DNA of 64,000 nucleotides from Escherichia phage PC3. The stretch lies in sequence record ON184125; one strand, given 5' to 3'. Below are positions 38,748 to 47,368 of the stretch, piece by piece. A model generated the notes under the pieces. The model worked only from the letters and a program-made list of their open reading frames with translations, made no database searches and was not told where the DNA came from. How positions within the stretch are numbered: the stretch's first letter is position 1; each line of letters starts with the position of its first letter. The translations under genes were made by a program, and so were the position numbers.

Positions 38748-39494
38748 ATGGCATCTCTCCAGGATCTACGCAAGCTGAATGACTTCGAAAACCGTCATTA
38801 CACATTTCAGCAATACGAACTTCCTCATAAGGAACTGGAGTGTGTTACGACGGAGAATGGTCGTCATTACGTTTCACCGTCTGGTGTAAAACTGACATCC
38901 GTCACGACTATGCTGGGACGCACTGGAGATCATGAATGGCTTGAGTCTTGGAGGAAGAAGCTGGGCGCAGAGGCCGCTGATCTTGAGACCATGCGCTGTG
39001 CTGACCGAGGGGAGAAGCTGCACCTTGCGTGTGAACTGTATCTAAAGAACCGCCCAATGAAAGAAGTGTTGGAAGCGGCTGGCGAATACATGTTCATGTT
39101 CAAGCAGCTGTTCCCTTACCTGAACAAGATGACAAAGATCTATGCTCAGGAGATCCCATTATATAGCGAGGTGCTTGGTCTTGCAGGTCGTGTAGACCTT
39201 ATCGGGGTTTATGAGGGTAAACCTGCTGTCATCGACTTCAAGACATCGAACACCATGAAGACGCGGGGCATGATCGAGGATTACAGTATCCAGCTGTGCT
39301 TATATTCGGTCATGTTCCAGCAGATGTTCGGCGTCAAGATCACCCGCCTCATCAACGTTATTGCCAACGAGTCTTCCCCTCTACCAACCGTCATTGAGTT
39401 CAACCGTGATGACATTCTGACAAAGATGTTTGAGCGTGTTCGTCTGTATCATCGCATGGATAAAGAACAAAACGGAGTCTGGTCGGATCACTAA
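38748..39494 (+). CDS. Putative PD-(D/E)XK-family nuclease
   Basis: GRVDLIGVYEGKPAVIDFKTS resembles a D...ExK nuclease core. Confidence 0.4.
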   Translation: MASLQDLRKLNDFENRHYTFQQYELPHKELECVTTENGRHYVSPSGVKLTSVTTMLGRTGDHEWLESWRKKLGAEAADLETMRCADRGEKLHLACELYLKNRPMKEVLEAAGEYMFMFKQLFPYLNKMTKIYAQEIPLYSEVLGLAGRVDLIGVYEGKPAVIDFKTSNTMKTRGMIEDYSIQLCLYSVMFQQMFGVKITRLINVIANESSPLPTVIEFNRDDILTKMFERVRLYHRMDKEQNGVWSDH

Positions 39495-39501
39495 ATACCC
39501 C
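39491..39501 (+). promoter_or_regulatory. Putative late promoter (CTAAATAcccc)
   Basis: Upstream of uvsW. Confidence 0.45.
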
Positions 39502-39522
39502 ATAATCCTTGGGAGATTTTGT

Positions 39523-41031
39523 ATGGCAGACATTCAGATTGTTAAGGTTAACGAAGTCCGCATGCGTTGCATCGCAGATCTTTCTATCAGGGAAGAACTT
39601 AATGACTACTTCAAATTCGAAGACCCGAACTTCGTTCCCAACCCCTTCTCTAAATGGGACGGGGTTGTCCGCCTATTTACCAAGTCATCTGGTCTAATCG
39701 ATATCGGTCTGCTGTTTGAGGTATTTAAGTTCTGTAAGAACAACGGATACACCATTGAACTGGATCCGGCACTGAAGTACATTCAGGACATCCCAGATGA
39801 AGAAATCCGTGAATTCATCGACAGTCTGCATCCAAAGATCCGTACCGAAAATCACGAATATATCGATGCCGAGACTCGTGACTACCAGTACGACACCATC
39901 GCCAAGGCTATGCGTCAAACCAGATGCGTCTGTGAACTGGCTACGAGTGCCGGTAAGTCCTTTATTCTGTATGTCATGGCGCGGTACTACAGGCGGCGCA
40001 GAGAAGCTCTCGAAAGTCCTCTGAAGACGCTTATCGTGGTGCCGTCAATCCACCTAGTCACTCAGCTGTACGACAACTTCGAAGAGTATGCGCATGGCAG
40101 TGATTGGAAGCCCGTTGTTAACACCCAGCTGATTTTTGAGGGCGCGACAAAGGAGATCAGCAAACCAATCGTCATCAGCACATGGCAAGGCATTCAAGAC
40201 CAGCCGAAGGAATGGTTCCACCAGTTCGGTGATATCGTGGTGGATGAAGTGCACACCTCCAAGTCTGAGAAACTGTCTTACATCCTAAACAACTGCATCT
40301 ATGCCGACCAGCGCCTGGGGGTTACAGGTACGCTGGCGAATACCAAAGTTGCCGGGCTTCAGGTGGTGGCTCACTTCGGGGCGTACCATAAGATCATCAC
40401 GGCTCGCGATCTCATCAATCTCGGGTACGCCACTGACATCAAAGTGAAGATGATTCAGCTGAAGCACACTCCGGCGGATGCTGTTGGTCTGGACGGGGAT
40501 TATTCCAAGGAAATAGAATACCTCATTACACACCAGTCCCGCAACGAACTGATCGCCAAGATGGCACTGAATCTGAAAGGAAACGTGGCCATCATGTTCG
40601 AGCGTATTGATGGTCACATGATGGTCGTGTATGATATGCTGAGCGCAGTCAAGCCCAACGTGTTTGTCATCAACGGGGAAGTGAAGATCGAAGACCGCCG
40701 CCGCATACAGAAAGCGATGGAGGATGGAGAGGACATCACCCTGTTGGCATCATACGGGACAATGCAGCAGGGAGTGTCGATCAAGAAGCTACACCACCTT
40801 GTACTGGCACACCCGAGCAAGTCATATATCCGCGTCATACAGACATTGGGTCGTCTGATGCGTCAGCACTCCTCTAAGGACGTCGCGTGGATATGGGACT
40901 TAGTGGATGATGCATCGTACAACGCCAGCACGAACCACACTCTTAGGCACTCTCACGAGCGTTACAAGTTTTACCTGGCAGAGCGCCACCCCGTGGAGTT
41001 CATGAAGGTGGCGCTGGGTAATCACGATTAA
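39523..41031 (+). CDS. uvsW: UvsW-like SF2 DNA helicase
   Basis: ELATSAGKS Walker A, VVDEVH DExH box, helicase C-terminal motifs; CTAAATA upstream, consistent with late expression of T4 uvsW. Confidence 0.8.
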   Translation: MADIQIVKVNEVRMRCIADLSIREELNDYFKFEDPNFVPNPFSKWDGVVRLFTKSSGLIDIGLLFEVFKFCKNNGYTIELDPALKYIQDIPDEEIREFIDSLHPKIRTENHEYIDAETRDYQYDTIAKAMRQTRCVCELATSAGKSFILYVMARYYRRRREALESPLKTLIVVPSIHLVTQLYDNFEEYAHGSDWKPVVNTQLIFEGATKEISKPIVISTWQGIQDQPKEWFHQFGDIVVDEVHTSKSEKLSYILNNCIYADQRLGVTGTLANTKVAGLQVVAHFGAYHKIITARDLINLGYATDIKVKMIQLKHTPADAVGLDGDYSKEIEYLITHQSRNELIAKMALNLKGNVAIMFERIDGHMMVVYDMLSAVKPNVFVINGEVKIEDRRRIQKAMEDGEDITLLASYGTMQQGVSIKKLHHLVLAHPSKSYIRVIQTLGRLMRQHSSKDVAWIWDLVDDASYNASTNHTLRHSHERYKFYLAERHPVEFMKVALGNHD

Positions 41032-41399
41032 TCTTGATTCACATAGGCGGGGGTGGCCTCGCCTTCATCAGCTACTACACCGAACAATTTGTCCAGAGAA
41101 GCCAGACATTGTGCGTTCAGGTGTTCACTGATCGTATCCTTCAGCATTTGTTCGCTGTTCAATTGGAATGGCAGAACCTTCGCTTCGATGCCGTTTTCAA
41201 ACGTCACAACGCCAACATACAGACCAACTTTCAGACCTGTCATCAAGCCAAGGGGGACAAATCGCGGCTCCGATGGTAAGTGCTTGTCTGACGCCAGCTG
41301 TGTCAGATAAACTGGGGTGCCTGTGATAAATTGACCTGTGGTGAGGTTGGCGTCTGGCTTACTACACCCGACTGCGTATAATCCTACGAACTGTTTCAT
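41028..41399 (-). CDS. Hypothetical protein (123 aa)
   Basis: Minus-strand ORF convergent with uvsW. Confidence 0.4.
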   Translation of the reverse strand: MKQFVGLYAVGCSKPDANLTTGQFITGTPVYLTQLASDKHLPSEPRFVPLGLMTGLKVGLYVGVVTFENGIEAKVLPFQLNSEQMLKDTISEHLNAQCLASLDKLFGVVADEGEATPAYVNQD

Positions 41400-41531
41400 A
41401 TATTACTCTCGTGTGTTGGTTAACATGACATACATATTATTTCGCGTGCATGTTTAGACCAAATAAATTATTTTTGCTGTTGAATAAAAACTGCTTTCTT
41501 GTTGAACAATGGCGTGGTATTATACGAGTTG

Positions 41532-41574
41532 TGAGCGAAGCGAACAACGAGTATTTGTTTTATGAGCGAAGCGA
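41532..41574. repeat. Direct repeat gagcgaagcgaa (two copies)
   Basis: Two copies about 30 bp apart in the same intergenic region. Confidence 0.5.
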
Positions 41575-41581
41575 ATAGGAT

Positions 41582-41627
41582 TAATAAAGATTATTATCTT
41601 TAATAAAGGTTATTATCTTTAATAAAG
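41582..41627. repeat. Tandem ~19-bp AT-rich repeats (TAATAAAG-Rttattatctt), iteron-like
   Basis: TAATAAAG occurs three times at regular spacing in the 360-bp intergenic region upstream of gp45. Confidence 0.55.
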
Positions 41628-41759
41628 TCCATAAATGCCGAAGGCATTTATTAATAACGCGTAGCGCAATTTGCCACTTGTTCTATAAGCAAAACACAGC
41701 GATACTAGATTGCGTCAAACATGACTTGAACCCCCACTATATTTTGAGGATACATACAA

Positions 41760-42428
41760 ATGCAAGAGATCACTCTCTCCGAACGTACACTTCAGTTGCT
41801 GGCCAACTTTGAGACCATCAACCCATCTATCGTTCTGACACCGGGCAAGATGCTGCGCAGTATTAATGATTCTTCTACTGTGATCGCCGTGGCGCAGATC
41901 GAAGAAGACTTCCCGTTTGAGTTCCCGATTCTGGACCTGACCAAACTTCTGGCCATCCAGCGCCTACCTTCCTTCAAAGGTGCCAAAGCCGAATTCCATC
42001 AGGACTACATCCTGTTGAAAGGCGAAAGCTCTCAGCTGCAATTCTGGCGTTCTGCTAAAGAACTCACGGTTGTCCCGGCTGATACTATTGAACTGCCGTC
42101 TGTCGACTTTGAAGCGATCATCACTCCAGAGAAGATGAAAGAACTGACCCGCGCCTGTTCTACCCTCGGACACAAGACTGTGCGCCTGGTTGCTCAGGGT
42201 GGCAAAACTCGCCTGGTTGCAACCACCACTACCCTGGACAACTCCAACAACTACACTGTTGAGCTGGGCGAAACCGCGCTGCCGGACTTCGTAATGCCAC
42301 TGGATGTTGCCAACCTGAAAATGATCGAAGGCAACTACACTCTGCGTGCATGTGCTGATCTACAAATGGTGAACTTCCAATCATCCGACGCGACGATCAA
42401 TTACTTCGTCGGCGCGCAGATTGAGTAA
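41760..42428 (+). CDS. gp45: Sliding clamp gp45
   Basis: LLANFETINPSIVL matches T4 gp45 LLKNFATINSGIML; 222 aa; gagga SD. Confidence 0.85.
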   Translation: MQEITLSERTLQLLANFETINPSIVLTPGKMLRSINDSSTVIAVAQIEEDFPFEFPILDLTKLLAIQRLPSFKGAKAEFHQDYILLKGESSQLQFWRSAKELTVVPADTIELPSVDFEAIITPEKMKELTRACSTLGHKTVRLVAQGGKTRLVATTTTLDNSNNYTVELGETALPDFVMPLDVANLKMIEGNYTLRACADLQMVNFQSSDATINYFVGAQIE

Positions 42429-42509
42429 TCAATCTCCAGCCTGATGCTATAATGTGTGGGCGGGGGAGTTCCCCGCCTATTTGAAATGATTCTTCTACAC
42501 GAGGCTGAA

Positions 42510-43166
42510 ATGAGGAACCAACCGTTTGTATATCATTTGTTAGGGAAGGATGGTTCTTTCTATTTTGGTTCTAGAACGAAATTGGGTGCACATCCTTTAC
42601 AATTGTTCACTTCATATTTCACTTCTTCACAAACAGTCAAGGAAATCATATCTAAGAAAGGTTCTGATTTCTTTGATGTAGAATTCGTAGAACTGTTTGA
42701 CTCCCCAGAAGAAGCATATTGGAGAGAGCAGCAGTTGATTAGTGAGAACATTGATCACCCAAAATGTTTAAACAAATCATTTCAGCCACTGGGTTGTGGT
42801 ATCGCCAACGGTAGGTCAGCGGGACCCAAACATCACCGAGTTGGTGTCTCGAGTTGGTTGAAGGGTAAGTCTGGGAATCTTCATCCCATGCACGGAAGAA
42901 CTGGTAAAAGTCACCCCGCCGCAGGAATAAAACCTTGGGACACCGGGGCTGCGCTGCTACACAACACCAGACCGATGTGGTTAAAGGCTGGGGTAGTGTA
43001 TGATCACTGGGTTTCTACTGGTGATGGGTGCCATAGAATTGCCCGTTTGTTCTCTATCAAAGAGAACACCGTAACGAGTATGTTAAACAAATTCAAAGAG
43101 GGCTGGAACCCGTATGATGACGACGCTTGGGTTCTGTTCTGTAAACTATATCATGGAAATACATAA
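42510..43166 (+). CDS. GIY-YIG homing endonuclease (Seg-like) with NUMOD-like C-terminal repeats
   Basis: VYHLLGKDGSFYFGSRT...EEAYWREQQLI GIY-YIG core; inserted between gp45 and gp44. Confidence 0.75.
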   Translation: MRNQPFVYHLLGKDGSFYFGSRTKLGAHPLQLFTSYFTSSQTVKEIISKKGSDFFDVEFVELFDSPEEAYWREQQLISENIDHPKCLNKSFQPLGCGIANGRSAGPKHHRVGVSSWLKGKSGNLHPMHGRTGKSHPAAGIKPWDTGAALLHNTRPMWLKAGVVYDHWVSTGDGCHRIARLFSIKENTVTSMLNKFKEGWNPYDDDAWVLFCKLYHGNT

Positions 43167-44155
43167 TGTCTAATATCACGATTGTAAAAGACCAGTACGC
43201 CTGGGAGAACCGTTTCCGCCCTGACAACCTGGACGAGATTATCATCCCTCAAGACGTCCGCGCTAAAATCCATGGCTACATCACCAGCGGTAACGGCAAC
43301 ATCCCGTCTATGCTGTTTTACTCCCCTCAGCCTGGTACTGGCAAGACCACTTCTGCTTTGGCCGTGTGTAATGAAATCGGTTGTAAGCAACCACTGATGA
43401 TCAACGCATCCCTGGACAACAGCATCGACGTTATCCGTGACCGCGTGATTCAGTATTCTACTGGTGTGAGCGTATTCGGTGGCCGCAAAGTCGTTATCCT
43501 CGACGAAGTAGAGCGTCTGTCTATGGCGGCACAGGAGTCGCTGAAGGGTATTGTGGAGAAGGTCTCCAAGAACTGTTCATTCATCTTGACCACCAACGCC
43601 AAGCAACGTGTGAACGAACCTCTGCGCTCTCGTTGCCGTGAAATCGACTTTATCTGGAATGAGGCTGAGGCTGATGAGGTAAAACTTCAGTTCATGCGCC
43701 GCTGTGCTGAAATCCTTCGCAGCGAAGGTGTTGAGTATGACCCTCCTGTGTTGGCTGCTATTGTCAAGCGCCATTTCCCTGATAACCGCCGCATCATGGG
43801 TGTTCTACAGGATAACGTCACCACTTACGGCAAGATCGACGAACGTGCACTGGCTGTGTTAAAATCGGCCGATATGGGCATGTTGGTGAATATGTTGAAG
43901 GATAATGACTGGGCTGGGATGAAGCAGTGGGTGACCGACAACCAGAACTATATCACTGAAGACTTCTATTCCCGCTTCTTCCAGTTCTGTGTACCACAGG
44001 ATAAAGAGAAGCAAATGTTGGTTCAGAATGAGTCTATCCCTGATCTGGTGTGCGTATGTGGTCAGTCTCAGATTGAACACCGTCAAGTCGGCGATGTCTG
44101 GCTGCATGCTGTGTTTTTCCTGACCAATGTCATGCTCAACATCAAGTGGAAGTGA
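43166..44155 (+). CDS. gp44: Clamp loader large subunit gp44 (AAA+)
   Basis: Walker A PQPGTGKTT, ILDEVERL box, sensor motifs; start overlaps the seg stop. Confidence 0.9.
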   Translation: MSNITIVKDQYAWENRFRPDNLDEIIIPQDVRAKIHGYITSGNGNIPSMLFYSPQPGTGKTTSALAVCNEIGCKQPLMINASLDNSIDVIRDRVIQYSTGVSVFGGRKVVILDEVERLSMAAQESLKGIVEKVSKNCSFILTTNAKQRVNEPLRSRCREIDFIWNEAEADEVKLQFMRRCAEILRSEGVEYDPPVLAAIVKRHFPDNRRIMGVLQDNVTTYGKIDERALAVLKSADMGMLVNMLKDNDWAGMKQWVTDNQNYITEDFYSRFFQFCVPQDKEKQMLVQNESIPDLVCVCGQSQIEHRQVGDVWLHAVFFLTNVMLNIKWK

Positions 44156-44159
44156 TATT

Positions 44160-44582
44160 ATGGCCGCCCTTGGATTGTTCGATTACCTGGCTGCTCTGAA
44201 CAGCAGCAAAGAAAACCTTTTGCGGTCTGATGACCCAGAAGTGTTGAAAGGATTCGACCCGTTTATGACGCGGCGTGGTTTAGCTCAGAGCAAAGACACT
44301 CTAGTGGCTGCACAACAGATGAATAAGCTACATGCTGTCACTCCATGGATGCAATGGTCATATGCCTTTTACACCATTCCGGCTCGGAAACGCTACGACA
44401 AATGGTCTAAGAAAGGTCCGATTGATCCTGACGTGAAGTTACTCTCCCAGTACTTCTACATCAGCATGGAGAAGGCATCGGAGTACGTCCGTTTCTTGCC
44501 GAAGGAAGTCCTGGCCGAAATACGCGAGAAGATGAGACGCACTGAGCTGAACGCCAAAGCGAAACCGCGCAAGGCTAAGTAG
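44160..44582 (+). CDS. gp62: Clamp loader small subunit gp62
   Basis: ARKRYDKWSK matches T4 gp62 RGKRYGKWAK; follows gp44. Confidence 0.6.
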   Translation: MAALGLFDYLAALNSSKENLLRSDDPEVLKGFDPFMTRRGLAQSKDTLVAAQQMNKLHAVTPWMQWSYAFYTIPARKRYDKWSKKGPIDPDVKLLSQYFYISMEKASEYVRFLPKEVLAEIREKMRRTELNAKAKPRKAK

Positions 44583-44611
44583 TTCAAACTATTGTAAAAG
44601 GGGAATGAGTC

Positions 44612-45076
44612 ATGGCGCGTAATACGCTAGACATATTGAATATTTCAGCAGTCAACGATGAGGCCAGCATCGTTGATTGTATGGTTGAAGTTCAATTGAA
44701 CCAAGATCGGCCAGGTATATTCCTGGGGATCAAGGAAACACTGAGTCGAATTGGGGTAAACACGCGCCAAGAGCCGAATACTCTGTATCAGACTTGCCAT
44801 ATTCTTCATAAGTGTGGCAAGTATTATATCGTCCACTTTAAGCATCTATTTATGCTGGACGGGCATTACAACGGATTTAACCGCGAAGATGTCCTGAGGA
44901 TGAACCGAATCATCAAGCTGCTGGAGCAGTGGAACATGGTGAAGGTCATTCATCCTGAGCAGGTCACCGAAGCAGCCGATATGTCTCGCATTAAAGTGGT
45001 TAAACACGATCAGGTTCCTGAATGGAAACTGGTTCCAAAATACATCATCCGGCCTACGAAGGCAAAAAGCGAATAA
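44612..45076 (+). CDS. regA: Translational repressor RegA
   Basis: LYQTCHILHKCGKYYIVHFKHLFMLDG and EWKLVPKY match T4 RegA; start may be an internal Met. Confidence 0.85.
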   Translation: MARNTLDILNISAVNDEASIVDCMVEVQLNQDRPGIFLGIKETLSRIGVNTRQEPNTLYQTCHILHKCGKYYIVHFKHLFMLDGHYNGFNREDVLRMNRIIKLLEQWNMVKVIHPEQVTEAADMSRIKVVKHDQVPEWKLVPKYIIRPTKAKSE

Positions 45077-45092
45077 CTGGAGTCGCTAAATC

Positions 45093-45965
45093 ATGACAAC
45101 TACATTTTCCAAGAACGTGAATCTGAATCTGGCTTTCGGTAATGCAAAGGGCGACGTCACATCGCCCGACTTTGGTAAGATCCGCAATCAGGCGAAACTG
45201 GTGCTGGAAGAAACCCGTGAACTGCTGGAAGCGGCGTATTTCGACCACGAGGTGAAAATTGAGTTCACTGCATCTCCGCGAGTCCTGAAAGAACCCGTTG
45301 TTGTCGACATCAAAGACATTATGCGCCAGATCATGGATGCCCAGGGTGACATCACAACAGTCAACGACGGCGTGGCTCATATTGCTGGTTTCGACGGTGA
45401 CGAATGCCTACAGCGCGTGTATGCCTCTAACATGAGCAAGTTCATCCGTAATGAAGGTGAAGTTGTGCCAGCACTGGATTACTACTACAACAAAGGATTC
45501 CCACGCGAAAGTCTGCGCATCGAAGGGGAATTCCCTCAGGCGTGCATCAAAGTGGTAGACACCATCACCGTCGACGGCAAAGAGTACCCGGCTGGCAAGT
45601 TCCTGAAGAACATGGCAACCTTCAAAGAGCCGGACTTCTCTGATATGTTGACCGCCGAGCCTAAGCGCCAGATCACTGAAATCATTCTGACGGGTACGGC
45701 CATTCCAGGCCAGCTCGGTTCTAACGAACACGCTGGTGTTGCCTTCGCTCCGTTCGATTTTATTGACGAGATCATGGGATACACCAAGATGGGCTTCCAG
45801 GCGTTCTCTGGCGAAACAGTCGAGAGCTACATTCCCGTGTTTGTTTTCAATGAAGACAACTTCCCAACTCTACCGTTGATCTGGGGTGAATGGAAAGCCA
45901 ACGTCCGTATCTATGTGGCCAGCCCAGTGCAATCATCTATCACCCAACTGACCCGTATCGATTAA
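45093..45965 (+). CDS. Hypothetical protein (290 aa; N-terminus faintly MazG-like)
   Basis: LEETRELLEAAYF resembles a MazG helix; no further support. Confidence 0.4.
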   Translation: MTTTFSKNVNLNLAFGNAKGDVTSPDFGKIRNQAKLVLEETRELLEAAYFDHEVKIEFTASPRVLKEPVVVDIKDIMRQIMDAQGDITTVNDGVAHIAGFDGDECLQRVYASNMSKFIRNEGEVVPALDYYYNKGFPRESLRIEGEFPQACIKVVDTITVDGKEYPAGKFLKNMATFKEPDFSDMLTAEPKRQITEIILTGTAIPGQLGSNEHAGVAFAPFDFIDEIMGYTKMGFQAFSGETVESYIPVFVFNEDNFPTLPLIWGEWKANVRIYVASPVQSSITQLTRID

Positions 45966-45987
45966 GATATACAGTTATTCACTAAAC

Positions 45988-46020
45988 AACAGAGGCTATA
46001 ATGGCCTCTGTTTTCGTATT
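45988..46020 (+). terminator. Rho-independent terminator
   Basis: cagaggc-tataatg-gcctctg plus TTTTCG. Confidence 0.5.
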
Positions 46021-46033
46021 CTAAGAGGATACC

Positions 46034-47254
46034 ATGAAAGATAAAGCCCTGGACGTCCCGTACTGCGGTGTCCGTGAAGAAAAGATAAAGTCGGCCAAAC
46101 CGGTTCTCAGTCCGACCCATACCAGCCTGTCTTACGAATGGATGCGCGATCGTTATCAGATCCACGTCAAGAAGGACGTCCAGCGCCTTCCTGCTCCTTG
46201 GACTGATAATCCCATATTACGGCAGGTCAAGTTCTGTAACGTCCGGAGAGAGCACGACAGGCAGTCTCTCAACCTGATCAACAACATCGTCAACAACGAT
46301 GCTCTGGGTATGGCCGACAAGATGTTCAACTGCGTGATGTTTCGCATGTTCAACCTCTGGGATCCAATCCAGGCTATCGGCGGCGCGATGACGATCAAAG
46401 AATTCGCCGAGATCAACCTCGATGCAACCCGCGAACGACTTCAGAAGTTCGAGGCCGACGGCGGTAAGGTATTCACCAATGCCTTCAACACGGGCGGCCT
46501 GAAGCAATGCCTGGCTTTCCCTGAGATGGTTGTCAACCACAAGGAGCAGCGCTTCGGTGGGATGATGGTGAATCTGATCTGTAAAGATGGTTCAACCCAG
46601 AACATGGATTATAAAGAAGCCAAGGCGATAGCCGAAGCAGAACCGGACTTCTACACCATCGAAGGTTGGGAACCGTACATGCCAATGCGTGTCATCCGCT
46701 CCCTGAAGGCATTCGTCAACAAGTATCCAAATTATTTCCATGACCTGCTGCGCCTTGGTACTCCTTTGGAAGTATACCAGCGCATGTACGACGACATCGA
46801 AGGGCTTGGTCCATTCCTGGCCTATCAGATCTGGGTAGACTTCACTTACATTCCTGAATATCCTTTCAGTGAGAACCACTTCACGGTTGCTGGACCAGGC
46901 TGTCGCGCAGGGATCGACCTGATGTTCCAGGACAAAGATGGCATGACGCATGAAGAATGCATCTTCTGGTTGCGGGACAATCAGGACGCGGTTTATGGCC
47001 CTCTTGGGTATAACAGGGAAGAATTTTGGTCTGCGGAAGAGCCTTGGGATCGCCATTTAAATATAATGGCAGGAGAAAATATGTTTTGTGAACTTCAGAA
47101 ATATACCCGTTGTGTAGAGGCCATACAGCAAGGTAAAAAGCCGCGCGGGAAGGTTGGATATGACGGCGGTGGGGAATACAAAAAGCGCTGTGATGAAGTC
47201 GTGCTCAAACGTGGTTCCGTCAATTTGCTGGACCGTTTGAAGAAACCTGAATAA
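46034..47254 (+). CDS. Hypothetical protein (406 aa)
   Basis: Long ORF, no motif recognised. Confidence 0.5.
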   Translation: MKDKALDVPYCGVREEKIKSAKPVLSPTHTSLSYEWMRDRYQIHVKKDVQRLPAPWTDNPILRQVKFCNVRREHDRQSLNLINNIVNNDALGMADKMFNCVMFRMFNLWDPIQAIGGAMTIKEFAEINLDATRERLQKFEADGGKVFTNAFNTGGLKQCLAFPEMVVNHKEQRFGGMMVNLICKDGSTQNMDYKEAKAIAEAEPDFYTIEGWEPYMPMRVIRSLKAFVNKYPNYFHDLLRLGTPLEVYQRMYDDIEGLGPFLAYQIWVDFTYIPEYPFSENHFTVAGPGCRAGIDLMFQDKDGMTHEECIFWLRDNQDAVYGPLGYNREEFWSAEEPWDRHLNIMAGENMFCELQKYTRCVEAIQQGKKPRGKVGYDGGGEYKKRCDEVVLKRGSVNLLDRLKKPE

Positions 47255-47368
47255 AGATTCCCTTTACTTCGTTCTTCAATAACTCAATCCAGCGTATATT
47301 GACCTCACTTAAACGAAGCGCCCTGGCAAACGGGGCGCACATTTGAACTGAAACAGGAAGATTACATC

